Shown in pieces: positions 1 through 13,739 of a stretch of 64,000 bases of DNA. A program made the translations under genes and the position numbers. Within the stretch, counting starts at the first letter, position 1, and each line of letters begins with the position of its first letter. The notes below the pieces were generated by a model, which had not been told where the DNA came from, searched no databases, and saw only the letters and a list, made by a program, of their open reading frames with translations. This stretch comes from Raillietiella orientalis (Eukaryota): NCBI GenBank assembly GCA_036172245.1, contig JAYWIR010000044.1:992001-1056000 (forward strand), given 5' to 3'.

Positions 1-479
1 TCCGTGGTCAACTCAAGGCCATGCGAACCATGCCGCTGAGTACAGCAAGGGCCTCGTCCCTCTTGGAGAGCAAGGGAGGGAGATTCATGCATCGTTCCGC
101 TCCTTGAAAGACGCTTGACCTGACCAGTGGCTCGTCAATCAGGTGCGCGCATTCCCCCTCTCTCCCCCTTCGCGCCAGATGGCACGCGGAACGCTCTCGC
201 TTCTCTGGGGTCACGGAGCAGCGGCAGCAGCTGCCTGCGTCCCTATTCATCCCCTCTTGTGACTCCGGTGCTTTCGGAAGGAAGGCGGGAAGCTGTGCCG
301 CAGAACCGCCTGGGTCGTCATCTGCCCAAGTCAGAGTTGACCACCGAGTCCCTGGTCGGCTTCCTCTCCGTGTGGTGGACCAGCGCCGGGTTGCCTATTC
401 AAGCACAGCGCGAGCAGCAGCAGGTAAGAGGGACACGTAGGGGTGATGGGCGATGACGTCAGGGACTGATCACGTCACG

Positions 480-960
480 GACGCTTGCCTTTCGGGGCGC
501 TACCAATCGGATTCCAGATAGTGAAAATCACTCCCTACGGCACGTGCTGCGGGGATCGAAACGCCTCCTTCCATCACATGCAAGAATCTTCATGTCCCCA
601 AAAATTCGGTCCGGAAGGGCGGCCGAAAAAGTGTTGCTGTCCCTGGAAATCCAAGACAGAAGAAGCCGAGGAGAAAAAGCACACTTGCTGGAGCAACCCT
701 TCTTTTACATCATCACGTGCCCTCTGAGAACGACGACCTCCGGTTTCCAAAGTTGCAGAATCCCGCCATATGACCTTCGAGCTCTCGTCGCCGCTTGGAT
801 GCTTCCGGTTCGCAGTGAGTCTATTCCAGCGGCGGTACCGATGGACCCACCCTTTAGGGCAGTTCCGAAAAACCCGAGGCTGTCCAGCGGCTGCCGCTCG
901 TTGTCATTTCGGTCCTCGGGCGAGGAAGCGGCGCCTGAAGGTCTTGTGTGCGCGAAGGGC
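480..960 (+). mobile_element. Degenerate L1/Tx1-like LINE reverse-transcriptase fragment
   Basis: ORF 544..990 reads KRLLP...GRAAEKVLLSLEIQD...RLSSGCRSLS, resembling RT motifs RLKxLLP..GRxIxDNxLL and RGxRQGCPLS in the right order; motifs are degenerate. Confidence 0.45.
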
Positions 961-1099
961 GTGTGCCCCACCTCCTGGATGAGTGATTGAAGTCGCTTCA
1001 GGTGCCTTCCTGGAACGCCGCTCCGGGTAAGTGGAGAGAAGGGAGGAGGAAAGCGTGACGGAAGCGGGTCGTCATGGTGCGACGAGGAAACTCGCGGGA

Positions 1100-2640
1100 G
1101 GGAAGATGGAAGGCCTGCTTCCGTTTCTGGAGATGGCGCGGCGCTCCGACTCAGCGGAGCGGGGCGGTCTTCTCGAGGTCGTAACTCACCGCGACCCTCT
1201 GCGCGTAGCTCTTCCCGGGGAGCATTACGGGAGCATCCAGATCTCCTTCAGAGGGAACGGGAGAACTCGGAGCGCGAGTCACGCGGTGAAGCTGCATCTT
1301 GCGCACGGGGGTGGCAGTCAGCGGCCGATCGAAGGATCTTCAGAAGGCCGGGTAGATGTACGATTCTCGTTGGGACGGTATGCGGACCGGGGAGGGAAAT
1401 TCCTGAAACACAGGGGCTTCCCGAGGGCTGGGAAGAACGTCTCAGATTCGTCGCCGGTCTCTTCGTGAGCCTGCGCAGGACGAATGATCGAATGGAGAGA
1501 TGAAGGCCCGCACCGAAGCGCGGCACGCGTCGCCACGGAAACGGAAGTCAAGTTGACACGCTGCGATCTCCTGGGGTGCTCAGCTTTCCCCGGTGCGTGG
1601 TAGACGGTCCGGTTGCCTACGCGCGGCGTCTCAACAAGAGGCAGCGCTGGACAGCCTCCGGAGGTCCGCTGTCATACCTCCTCTGCACGTGAGTGCCTCT
1701 GTTCTTGTGAGGCCACGGATGGTAGGAGTGAGGACCCCATCATGAGGTCGGAGGTGTCCAGGTTCCTTTAATCTACGTTGTGGAGCGCGCAACCACACCA
1801 GGCGGGTCCACCGAGCAGTCCGCGCGGAATAAGCTGGTCTCTCAGGGTCACGCTGCCTAGGGAGGATTTTGCCAGCCTCCCCAGTGGCGAGGCTAGCATG
1901 ACCCTGCCACAATCTGTGCCAGGACGACCATCTCGAGAAGCGTCGCGACATAAGAGTCGGGCCCATTGCAGCTTTGATCCATTCTGCCATCCCCATATCG
2001 CTCGTCGCGGAATATTGCACCGCCCCCGCTCTTTGAGCCGCGTTTCCCCGCTGACGAACGGGGCACGGACGCGCGCCAGCCCCTCTTTGTGAGCGTTGTT
2101 CCTGTACCCCGTCGAACGCACTTCCGACCCTTCGATCGCTCGGGATGATGCATGGAGCTATGCGCCGCGCCCGATGTCGTGGCTATAAATCATCGTCTCT
2201 TTGGTCTTCATGGGTTTCATTCAAAGTACTTTGGGGACCAGTGGAGTGATGCGACCCGCAGCCATTCTCATTCACTGTCAGCAGGTCTCGGCTGCTGATT
2301 GGGGAGAATACGCTCACCGGCGAGTATGGAACTCGGAGCCACCCTTCCATTCCCTCGATCTCGGCTTCTGGGACCTTCCGGGTTCTTCCGCGCGGTCATC
2401 AGTTGAAGTGCTCGGAGATCGACCTGCAGGTTCCCTGGGTAGCAGCAACCCCTCAGCGACTTCAAAGAGAGGATGTGCTTCGGTTTTAGCGGGGCCGGAG
2501 AAGGTGCTTCTAGCCTGTCAGCCGGTCCATTCCGATGTTTCCGCAACGCATCCTCTGCTTCCTTCGGTGCTTGGAAAAACACAAAGGAGTTACAACTCCG
2601 TTCCAAGCCAAATTGACTTCCGGCTCATAGGCTGAGATCT
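1100..2640 (-). mobile_element. Degenerate LINE: ORF1 (RRM/DUF4283-like) remnant followed by AP-endonuclease remnant
   Basis: Minus-strand FVFFQAPKEAEDALR (2268..2606) is RRM-like. Downstream TVYHAPGKAEH and QLDFRF...SPFDH (~1480-1620) resemble the APE C-terminal HP..RLD..SDH motifs. Many frameshifts. Confidence 0.4.
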
Positions 2641-4019
2641 CTTGAATTCAGAGCTTATGAGCGTATGCATATGAAGACACGAAATGATAAGCTGCTGCTT
2701 CCGGACTATCAGATAAGACTTAATGACGGATGGAAAATGCTGCACCAGAAGATTAGTTATGCACTCCACGGAGGAGATAATTCCTCTACCACGCCTTGAT
2801 GAAACATTCGTCCCCACAAATGGAGGCAGCTCGCTTGTCAGCATAACTTGACTTGAACCCGAGCGCCGAGCAGTCTCCGCGAGATTTTCACCCCTTTTCA
2901 TTGGCAGCTATGCCGATTTTTCGGCCTCCCCTCCGCAAAGAGTCGATTCCGAGACTTCCAGCTTCCAGGGTCCGGTTGGGAATGGAAGTGACCAGAAGCC
3001 TTCTTTCTCATTTTGATCATGCACCTTTCCGAAACCTTCAGTTCTCCCTCTTATAGAAAAACGACGAAAAAACAAACAAACAAAAAAATGCGTTCCAAAC
3101 TCCCGTGCAGGGGTTCTCGGTGCCTTCACCTGCTCACGATGCCATGAGACCCTCAAACGATTCTGCAGTTTCTTCTCCCGTCCTGATATTTTTGCATCGC
3201 GCCAAGAGTGAACCCCCGCAGGGAAGTGCATGGGGCAAATGTAGCCCTCAGCCACCTTGCCATCCGATCTGTTCGAAGGATGAGCAAACTCGTGCTCACA
3301 GACACTAAGACTTCAGAAGGTTAGCTGAGTTGGGTATGTTATTAATGCAAGGCGCTTCAGGTTCAAGAGAGAGGAAACCCTGAGACGGTTTTCTGGAGCA
3401 AGGAGAGACACGCCTCGCTCCAAATTCACAGTCTGTGCCAAAAATCCGTACGCGTTCTCTCCGGTAACACCTCAGTCAGGTGCTCGCTGAGGCGCTCGGT
3501 GTGTAGCGTGGACTCTGGTCAGTCGCATCTTCGCCTCGAAATTTTGCGAGGTCCGAGGCTGCCTCAGGAATACTTTTATCCACACAAGTCTACTGTTTGC
3601 TTTCCAGACACGCTAGCTTTCTGTATCGGTTCCAGTTTTCTGCCATTTCTTCAGAGGAAGACGCCTACTTGAACCTGCGGTACACGAAATATTCTTTGAG
3701 CCTGCTGAAAATCCGTCACACCTAGCAGTAACTCTCTCCGAAGCGATAGAGGAAAAGGAAGCCACTGGCTTTAAAAGCGAGACGAAAGAGAAACTCAGAA
3801 CAAGATTCAGGCTCTGACTCTTCTACCAAAAGGGAGTGACCGAAAAGAAAACACCAGTTAAGGAACCAGAATTTTAAGAGTTGTCCCCTGAAGCAGGGTG
3901 AAAACAAGATCCTTCTTCTCAAAGACACCTTGTAGTTCTAAAGCGGAAAGGGGGACAATGAACAAGAGAAAATGAGCGAGAGTTGGAACTTCGGGCAGTA
4001 GACGCAAAAGGGGCTCCCT

Positions 4020-4570
4020 TCATCTCAAGGGAGCTAAGTGCGGCCCCGCACCGATCTGAGCAGATGAAACGGGGACGAGGCCAAGGACCACTTGTGCGCG
4101 CTCGTCATATTCGTTAGGGATCACTGCAAAACAATGGCACCCGGAACGGAAGACGGTTGGGGCGGAAGTCCAAAGGAATCGCTCTGCAATCGCTCTCACT
4201 GCAATCGGATTCAGGTTCGGGCTTCGGGGAAGACACTTCGCCGTCAGAGTACGGTGGCTCTCTTGCTGCAAATGGCATACAGGACTACTTGCGGGCTGCG
4301 ACGACTCCAAGGCCGTTGCCACGCACCGTGTTCAAGGCATTGTTGAGACACGACTGGCTGCTTGAGGATGCGACGACGCTCGGGCCGTTGCCACGCACCG
4401 CGCTCGACGCCTTGTTGGGAAGTGCGGACTACAGCGAGGTTAAAGTAGTTGTCAAGGTGCAAGGAGGGAGGCGAGAAGGACTCGAGCGGGACGTGGGTAG
4501 GGATGCGACTCCGAGGCCGAAAGTCGATGACATCCCACGTAACCGCGTGCACAAAGGAAGGAGGAGGAGC
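4020..4570 (-). mobile_element. LINE AP-endonuclease N-terminal remnant (paralogous to ~6345-6640)
   Basis: Minus-strand AVTWDVIDF (~TWNVxGL) and FAVIPNEYDERAQ (~NVYAPN..R). Clear DNA similarity to 6345-6640, e.g. gaaagtcga(t/c)gacatcccacgtaacc. Confidence 0.45.
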
Positions 4571-5599
4571 GAGGAAAGAACGGAGAGTGCAATCCAGGAA
4601 ATCATCATCGCGCGTCTTCTCTCCGAGTCCGTTCAGATTACAGGGAAAAAGAAGGGAAGGTGCTTGGTGTCATCTCGCCTCCGAACGAAAGAAAAGAGAA
4701 AGAAAAAAAAGCCATCGGATGGTTTCCCAGAGAACCTGATTCCACGGAGTACTGCGGAGCACACACGGAAGGCCGTGACCCTGTTGTGAAATCAGTTAAT
4801 CAGGAAATGCAGGTTTTCTTCTCATATGAACGCTCCTTCCATGATTATGCTCCGCAGCCACAGTGAGAGAGATCAGGTTTGCTCTTATAAATTCTCTTCC
4901 ACGGGCAGACAAGTTTGAAAGGAGTGGAATGACGTTAGTTCCGGGAGAGGAAGCGAACGGGTTCATCGTCGGGGTATTGGCAGGGAATGAAGGAACAGTT
5001 CGAGCCAACTTTCCTGCTGGGTGGACCGGGTGCAAATGGTGCGTCGGGACCAGGAGATGCAGGGAACGCGCGACTTGATCCGCTTCGTGGCTACCTGGAG
5101 AAAAGGGGAAAGAAGGCAGTAGTGTAGGAACAGTACATGGCCGGATCGATAAATCGGGAAGAAACTACCGCCTCCTCACCCTTTCCACTTGGCTTGTGCC
5201 CAGGACGAAGCAGTGAGAAGATGTGTCCTTTGAAATTAGTGCCAGCTTTCGTATGTGGGGATTCCTTTAGCGGCACCCTACGGACTTTGCTCGCGCACAC
5301 ACGCTTTGGTTGACTAAGTTCCGTTTTCCTGCTATTTTCACGAAAAATCCGGCCTTGGCTTTCTGTGCACCCAAATGCTCTCATTCCCGGAAATATAGAA
5401 AGCGGAAAGCTTGGGCCGTTTCTATCATCCGGGCTGGAATTTCAGTTTTCTTTATAGATGACGGAAACGATGCTTCCCTGTCTTTTACGGCGTCTGGGAC
5501 TTAAAAGCGCATTGCTCGCTGGAGCAGGGGGGTGATCCTTAATCATGATGATCTTTAACAAACATAGTGTGTGGAGCTCTTGCCTCCCGATCAGCTTGC

Positions 5600-6650
5600 A
5601 ACTCCCAGTTTATTTTGACAAGGTCACTTCAGATGAACAACAGAGAAGACTATCAGAAAAAAACTGCTCTCTTTCGTCACTGAGAATCGAGGCTTTCTCG
5701 AGGCCTCAAGTTTACTGAGAAATCGGAATTCCCCGTTTCCTAAATGAGCCATCAGCCTCAAGGATCAGTCATGGGTAATTCATGAAATTTCTGCAGAGTC
5801 GGTGGGAGCGGAGAACTCAAGCCAAAAAGGAGATTTGCACTCATGCACTCAGAGTTTGCACGCGGGCTTTTAGAAATTTTGCAGCGGATCCCTATCAAGC
5901 GCATTGGTCCTTTTCCAGCTCTGATTGCTACAAGTAATTTTCAGATTCGAGTGTAAATCACAAGATTTCGGGCTGTTTCCAAGTCTCCAGTCGTGGATTT
6001 GCCATCGTGATAGCAAGTTCTCTAATCTCCTCAGCTAGCACTGGGAAGCGGAATCGCGCCGCGCATTGGTCCGATGCATTCCACGACTCGAGCAGGAAAC
6101 GAGCGTCTGTCTGAAGCATTGCTAAATCAGCAGCGCCATCTGCAATCCAGCATCCAGTACGCAGTAGCTGGCAGAGTCGGCGATTCCCTTCGCAGATGGG
6201 ATCAACTGGAATTCCACTAATTACTGCTCTGTTTATCTAGTAGCTCCCCACGAATGAGGAATTTCACCAAATCGAATATCGATTGGCGATTCCAAATTCT
6301 TCTCAGGAGGATCCTTCGTAAATAACATGGTGTTTCGATTGGACAAGCGCCACTGCTCTTAAGGATCAGTCCGTAGCTCGGGCCGGTGCCACGTACTGCT
6401 CTCGGGGCATTTTTGAGACGCGACCGACTGCTTGAGAATGAGACAGCGCTCGGGCCGTTGCCATGCACAGCGCTCGAGGCACTGTTGCGACGCGCAGACT
6501 ACGACGACGTCCGAGACGTTGTCAGCTGCAGACAGGCAAAGGGGCTCGAGCGAGCCATAGGCAGTACCGCAGCCCACTCCGAGGGCGAAAGTCGACGACA
6601 TCCCACGTAACCACGGACACAAAGGAAAGGGGAGGGGGAAGGGAGCAGAG
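5600..6650 (-). mobile_element. LINE remnant: APE N-terminus joined to RT domains 4-7
   Basis: Minus-strand SVVTWDVVDF, then SGACPIETPCYL (~QGCPLSPxLF), GAADLAM (~FADD) and MRLIGI (~RYLGI). Confidence 0.4.
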
Positions 6651-8464
6651 GAAGGCGTGGAGAGAGCGCATCGATGCATCAAACAGTCTGGAGATCCGCG
6701 ACTGCATTGGTGGCATTCCGTGGCTTCTCAGGCACATGCACTCCTTCCTTCCTTCCATCCGATATAGGAAAGGGAAGACGAGGAGCAACCGATACGGGGA
6801 CATGGGGCAAGAGAGGGCATACCATGGGACGCAACAAGACAGCGAGAGCCTGCCGACATCCGGGAGGAGTTCACTGAGCGAGGAAGCGAGTTTCCCTTTT
6901 TTCTCCCCTCGCGTGCAAATCCATCTGAGACGGCGACCTGTGAAAAATGGGAAGGGAAGAGGATTACGGGTACGAAATCCGCTGCAGGACCTAGATACGG
7001 GGGTTTGCGCGCGAGATGCTTGGGTCGGTCCATTCGATTGAAGACCTGACGACACTCGGGCTGTTGCTATGCACCGCGTGCGAGGGAGGGAGGGTTGTTG
7101 AGGTGAGAGGAGGAACGAACACCGCAAGCAAAAAGGGTCAGCAGAGAGCGAGAAGGAAGGGTGGACATGGGGATGGAAGGTGGCCTCAGGGAGGCTGCGA
7201 GACGCGCCGGGAACCCCTCGAAGACCCGCCAGCGGCACTCACCAAAGTACAGTAGGAGGAAGACGGGGCGCAACCCGAGCTGCTTCATGAGGTCAGTCCA
7301 TCACCAGGAAGGACCCGTCCGAGTGGCGGAAGGAGGCTGCCGGGAAGAAGCACCAGGACCGCTTTCTCTCCTTCCGAAGATCACGGGGGGTGGTAGTCGA
7401 GGCCGGGAGGGTGAAGGCTGAGTCAAGGGCAATGCGGGGGCTGGTGGCGAGTTCCAAGAGCTGTTTCTGAGAGAGAGGAGGGGGGCGGGGGGCGGGAGAC
7501 GCGGCGGAGAGACGGAGAGGCAACGGGCACTGCGGGACGACGGGAAGTCGGAAGCTCCACTGCAGCGGGAGACGAGGCGAGTCGCTCCCGCGGGCAGCGA
7601 CGGATCCCGTAGGATGCTGCGCGCGGCGGCGACCGCGAAGGAAGGAAACGAGCAGCCTGTGGGACAGAAGCGGAAGGGAGGGGCACGGAGAACGGAGGGG
7701 GACCCGGGAAAATCCGAAAGCCACCCGTGCAGACCTTTCGGGAGCACCCACCGACAGCCGCCCCGGGAGCCGGACAACTTCCTCCGGGGCCTTCCTGGAC
7801 GGATTTCCGGAGCGCGCTCACTCGCGGGCGAAGAAGAGGTCATCACGGGGAAGCCGACTTCTGCTCTCCTGAAGTCCCTCGGTGGCTTCCGGCGTCAAGA
7901 AGCGCTCTCTCGAGGCGGAATCTCGGAGGGCGAGCCCAACACTCTGGAGAGAGGTGCCCGCGGACTGACCGGTCCCGTCCGGCAGGAAGAGGGCAAGGAT
8001 CGCAGCCGTTGTTCCGCCCTCGCGAGTGTGAGCGGACGAGGGTCGGACCCGCGAGGAAAAGCAGGGAGTGAGGGCGTTGCCGCTCCACAATGCTGCTGCG
8101 GCTGACTTCCTCTGAACGCTCTCGTCAGGTGTCACTCCTGGCACCAACAGCATCCCAGCGTCTGAGGTGAACCAGGGGATGTACCAGGTAGCACAGCCCT
8201 CCCGGAGAGGAACCGGTCCGCTCCCCCCCGTTTTCGGTTCCTTTTCTTGCGATTGCCCTGGATCGGGGGTCTGAGTTCTCTCTCCTCCATCACGAGGAAC
8301 CCTTGAGGCGGCCTTTCCTGAGGTCCCCAGGAGACCTGCTCTCCGGCCTGGAAGGCACGCTGGGGCTCTGATCACCGATAAGAGGAATCCCACATTGTCT
8401 GCAAGCTGGGATGGAGAAGCATCTTTTGCGTCTGCTTCCGATCAGACCCTATGTGAGCATTCCA

Positions 8465-8745
8465 GAGGGAGAGGGAAGAAGGAGGAAGACGAGGAAGGGA
8501 GGATGAAGATGGAAGGATGAGCTTGAGAAATCATCTTCTTCTTATTTCTCCCTTTCATGAGAAAGGGGAGGAGGAATAGAGAGCAGGAGGGAGAGGAAGG
8601 GAAGGATAGAATGAAGATGGGGAATGACGGTGGAATGAATGAAGACGGGAATGAGGAAATGCAGGAGCAGGAGAACGAGGAAAGGGAGGGTACCAAGAGA
8701 AGGAAGTCAAGATGAGGTGAAGATGAGTAACGAAGGAGGAGAATT
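8465..8745. repeat. Purine-rich (GA/GGA) low-complexity tract
   Basis: Predominantly G/A on the + strand, seen directly. Confidence 0.8.
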
Positions 8746-11099
8746 GTGAACTGTGAACTCCGGGAGGAACCCTTGAATGTCGTTGAGAGGCTGCAGAGAA
8801 TCTGCCTCTGTACCACCCGCAGCTGGAAGCCGCCCTCACCCTCCCACGCCGCTAGTTAGAGGTTGATGAGCGCAGGGAAGCTCCCCCTGATCGTCCAGGC
8901 ATTCCTCAGTGAAGCAGATGATCCCTCTTCCGGAAAGCACGGTCTGTTCGCCGAAGTCCGGGATAGACGACGGCCGTCTTCTCCTGGACGAGTCCATTTC
9001 CGAGATCCTGGGAAGGCCTGAGGCACCGGAACCTGCCACGGAGCAGGGGAAGTGTAGCTCGTCCCTCCCCTGGGTCATCTGCGGGATGCAGGTCCCCAGC
9101 TCTCCCTTGCGGGGAGAAAAAGGAAGGGGCAGGAGGAGCTAAGTGAGGAGGCTGTGCTGGGGGAGAGGGGGGGGGGGAAGGCAAGGCTGGCCGCTTCCGG
9201 AAGCAGAAGGCCGCCTCGGATCGATCCCGCTCGCTGGTCAGGGGAAGACTCATTTATCTCGGGGGCCGTGGACCAGGATGCCGACAACTATATTAACAAA
9301 CGAGTGCGTCCGTTTCCGCGGGGGAAAAGGCGCGCGGGAAGATGATATCGAGCGAGGCTTCTTCCTCTCGCCGGGGCTTCTGCCGGCGTCCTGCGCCTGC
9401 TTTTGTTCCGCGCGCAGGAGGGGAGACTGGACTGAAAAAATGATTAAAGGAGCAAATCAAATATGGACCCTGTTGCCGCAGAGGCAATTCGCGTCCGCAG
9501 AGCAGAAAGGCCGCTCGGAGACTCTCTGAAGAGCGGCGAAGAGGAGGAGGAGGAAAAGGAGGAGGAGGTGAATCAATTCTTCTTCTTCTTCTTCTTCTTG
9601 TTCCCACCCCACTTCATCTTCCATCTGCGGCAATTTCGGAAGACATGAGGCACAGCTCGCCCTCAGAGGCGACCTCCGGAAAACGGAGAACCCCGATCTA
9701 GAGCACTGGATCTCCTGTTTCCGGCGTGTCGCCTCCACTGACCCTCGAGAATTCGGGTCGGATCCCACGGAAGCTTTCCGGAGAAAGAGGAAAGTGGGAA
9801 GAGGGAGGAGGAAAGGGAAGGGTGAAAAGGCGGAGAGGAGGAGCCTGAACTCTATATCGACCCTTCCGTCGTCCTGTCGGCAGGTCCCGTCGAATGCCAA
9901 GGGATGACGATCTTTGCTCCTGGAGTGTTGCAAGGCTGATCTCGCGCCTTGCCTCGAGCGAGGGAAAGGGCGAGCCACTTGATCTATGCGTTTAGCGCAC
10001 GCCCCTGGGGGTCGTGCAGGGAACGCGTCTCCTTCCTGTCAGCCGACCGTCGAACGGTTTCTCTCCCTTCCCGACCCGCCGCCTACGGTCGCCGAGCGCC
10101 TTCGGGTTTCCGGATCTCCCGGTGAAGATCCCCTGCCTCCGCGAGCTTCGCCCCGGAGGAGGGAGATGCGAGCCGTACAAGGCCCCCTCGCGATGCGCCT
10201 TGACCATCCCTACCCGATATCTCTCCCTGACCGTCGCTGGCTTCGCGGAGAGGAGGCGACTGCGGGCAAAGCAGCAGACTGCCGGCGTCCCTGCGTCGAC
10301 AGTGCGAGTTTCCTGTGGGATCCGCGTCGACACACCACCCAGGAGGATAAAAAGAAAAAAAAAAAGCTTCCGCTACACGCGCGCGAGAGCAGCTAAATGA
10401 TGACAGGAGAAGATTAATTTCGAGCATCTCTCCCTTCGGCTTTCAATTCGGATCCCATCTCTGCGTCACTGCGGGAGCCAGCCTCCAGGAATTCGAGTCC
10501 CTCGGAAGGCTCGGAATTTCGCGAGGACTCTCGAAATTCCAGGAGCATTCCTGAAGGATCGCGCCTGCAGGGAATGCGATTTACATATCAAGGACAGGCG
10601 CCCACCCCTACGGGAAGGCAACAGTTTTCCAATATCTTTGTATCAGACATCCTCTCCGAAGAGAGGGAGCAGCTTGGAAGGATGGCAGCATCCATCACTT
10701 CCACCATGAACCACTCTTCCCTGGACCCAACGGCGACGGCAGCGCTGAAGATGAAGACGACGGCAGTGATGCTGACGGAGACCACGACGGTGCCGAAGAC
10801 AACACTTTGATTTTAGCCAAAAGGCCGAGAAGCGACGAGGACGTGAACGCGACGACGGAGGAGACCTTGCGAAAAAGGCAGAGGCACAGCCAGAGGCACT
10901 TGAGACCCCGATCGTAACCAAGGGCGACCCGAATTCCTCGGAGGAAGACGGCAGCGCAAACGTGAGCACGGCAGCCTAACGCGCCGCCCACTGACCGTAG
11001 GCTCACGGCTACCTGCCTTTACCGAGTAACAGCTTCGCTTCGCTGCTTGGTTGAAGTGCCGCGGTAGGGCGAGGCAACTGCCAGGGTGGTGGACCCACG

Positions 11100-12700
11100 G
11101 TCCTCCACTGAGTCCTTCTTCCAGGGAGAACTAGGCACGGCGCACGCCAGTACCTCCGTAACCCTTTCAGAGGGGAAACGGCAGGGACGGCGCGAGACCC
11201 AGGGGGCGGTGAGGCGCTCCTGCGGCAGCGCATCCGGCCGCCACTCTATGCTCTCGGACGGGGGAGTCCCCTATCTCCGAAGTGGGGGACTTTCGCTGAG
11301 CGATCCCCGCCGCCTCGTTGCCTGATCGTCTCCTGTTTCCGCGAGTGGATCCTCTACGGGAGTCCCGCATGCGCGACGGCGTCGGGTCGGGAGAATCGTA
11401 CAGGCAGCCCCTTCGACCGCAGTTCGCTGGTCCCTTTAGCCCAGAGACCGTTCCCAAGCTCTTCATGCCGAGCGTGAGGGGGACGAGAAAGGCCGAGAGA
11501 ACTACATCTTTTCCTAGTTCCAGCCCGTCTCCCGAAGGCAGCCTCCAAGCATGGACATCTCCGTGCAGGAGCACGGAGAGCTCGCAGAAGACCTTCCTTC
11601 CACCTCTGAAGAAAGCAATCCGGTGCCTAAAGAGCAGACGGAAAGAACGAGCCGGCAACGTCGCTGCTCCGGCGGCGGTGGCATCAGGTGAGGGGAAACG
11701 CGACAGGGACACCCCAGGAGATCAAGTCTTCTCCTGACGCAACCACCCGCATGCTAAAGAGGCGTCCCCGCTCCACGAACACGGATAAAAGGAACACAGT
11801 AGTGGTCCAGGAGGCAGCTGCAGAAGAAGGCGCACTAACAAAATAATGGTAACGCTATTACTAGTAGAAGAAGAGGTAGTAACATTTCTAATACTAGCAG
11901 CAATACTTGAAGCCCAAGAGCAGAAGTGGTGGCAGTGAGGCTCGTCACGGCAACGCCAGCAGAAGCATATCAGCAAGTACTGGTCGCGGTAGCGGTAGTA
12001 ACAGCATGATTTGTGGCATGACTAGTAGCAGTGGTTGTCGTCTTTCGACGGCCTCGCTCAAGAGTGCTTGCGAGTGCTCCAAGAGCCAAGCGCTCGGTCT
12101 TTCGCTCGCTCCGTGGGAGCCCGGTGATCCTCCCTGCTGCCGCCCACGTGTCCCCGCTCGGGAGTGGGTCTCGACGCTGTCGCACCACTGCGCGGAGGCG
12201 CGGGCTGCTTACTCGCTCTCAGACTGAAGTCTTCTTGCGGCTGCGCGTCTCTCCCCATCGTCGCCAAGAACGCAACGCAACCGCCGAATTCGGCGGGTAG
12301 TCAGGTGGACGCCGGCGACCCAGCTGTCTTCGATGCGCTGGTTGAACCGAACGCCTCCTTCACTGTTGGAGCGCTTTTCCGGGAAGGACACGGCCGAGGC
12401 AAAGAACACCGGGTGGTCCATGCACTGGCAGAGCCTACCGTAAGACGTGCTCCGGTGTGGAACCTAAGCATCCGGTGCTCGGTGACTCTCTTCTTGGTGG
12501 TCCTTGGGGTGAACAGTGGCATTGTTGGCTCAGCACTCGTTGGCGGGGTACTGCAGGATGCCCTGGCTTTCGCGCAGATGGAGTCCTTCATCGCTGATCG
12601 TTGGCACGGCGCGCTGGACGTCCATCCTCAGGAACTCTTCCTGGGTCGACAGGGTAACGCTCTTTAGCCCGGAGGGCAGGCTGGAGTGCTTCAGGAACAA
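11100..12700 (-). mobile_element. L1-like ORF1 remnant(s) with CCHC zinc knuckle
   Basis: CWRCRDEPHCHHFC (11920-11961) is an exact CX2CX4HX4C. Upstream TWAAAGRITGLP resembles the plant L1 ORF1 VWVRIxGLP motif. Confidence 0.55.
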
Positions 12701-13739
12701 TGTGAAGGGGAGCTTGCCCTCGTGCCGTTTAGAGCAATCATCATGACGACGACGGCGGAGGATAGGCGGGCGACGAAAGAGCGACGCAGCGAAACGAAGC
12801 GAGGCAGCAGTCTGGAGGCCGTCCCCAAGGCATTCCGCCGAGCCGGAGGGGAAATGGAAACGCCTCTCTTTCCAGCAGTCGGCATCCTGGCTTTCGAACT
12901 GTTGCGAGGCAACGGCGGCACGCGCCGCTCCGACCCGCGAACGACTGCCGGTAGGGTCCGGGTCTCGGGCGCGCGCCTCTCTGGGCGTCGTCCGAGCTGC
13001 TCGCAGCCTCTCCCCCTCTCCTCCTTCCCCCCACCGAGGCCGCTGGAGAAATCGGCATGCGTCGCAGGTGCTCGCGCGAAGTCTTTCCTCGACCGCCTAC
13101 GTGCGAGGAACGCGTAAGTCCCCTCTGAGTTCCGCGACTGCAGATCCACGCTCCCCTCTCCTCCCGTAAGATTACCGCTAACGCTCGTCTCTTTGTCTCG
13201 CTCAGTTCTCGCCTCCTTTCTCTCAGGAGGAAACGGTTCCCTGGCAACTTCAGTTGATTCCGCATTGGCGGCGCGTTCTCTCTTGCTTTGGGATTCCGAA
13301 CGTGGGCGTGGCGGCGGGCTCCCTCGCCGGCGCGGAGAGACGCTCGAATCTGCGACCGCACTCCGCGCGGTCTGACCCACCCATCCCCGGAAGCCCCTGG
13401 GGCCGGCGCATGTCTCCCGACTGTGGAAAGCGGAAGCAAGTCAGAGGCGCTACCTGACTGTCTCCACCGCTGCGACGCCGCTGGAGGGATGGCGTCCTCT
13501 ACCCCCTTCTCTCCCCCTCATCCCCCCTTCCTGCTCCGGAAATCTGATTCAGTTTGTCGGATGGGCGCGTAATCTCGGGATCGAAAGGATGCGGCGGGGA
13601 AACTCTCGCCGGCAGTGTTTTCTTGAACCATGGAGATGTTGTCCCATCTGCTGCCCTGGTCTCCTGGATGATGCTCGTCCGATGGAAACAGGGTAAGCCT
13701 GGCAATCTCTTAATGCCGGTCGCTGAGACGGGGGCTGCT

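Noticed and set aside
4290..4450. Plant LRR protein (24-aa period, GPLP motif on + strand)
   Set aside because: Only two units and no LxLxxN core; the minus strand better matches a LINE APE N-terminus.
10640..10920. Acidic plus KRPR/KRQR peptide as a nuclear-protein exon
   Set aside because: No start codon, convincing splice sites or recognisable domain; may be low-complexity TE sequence.
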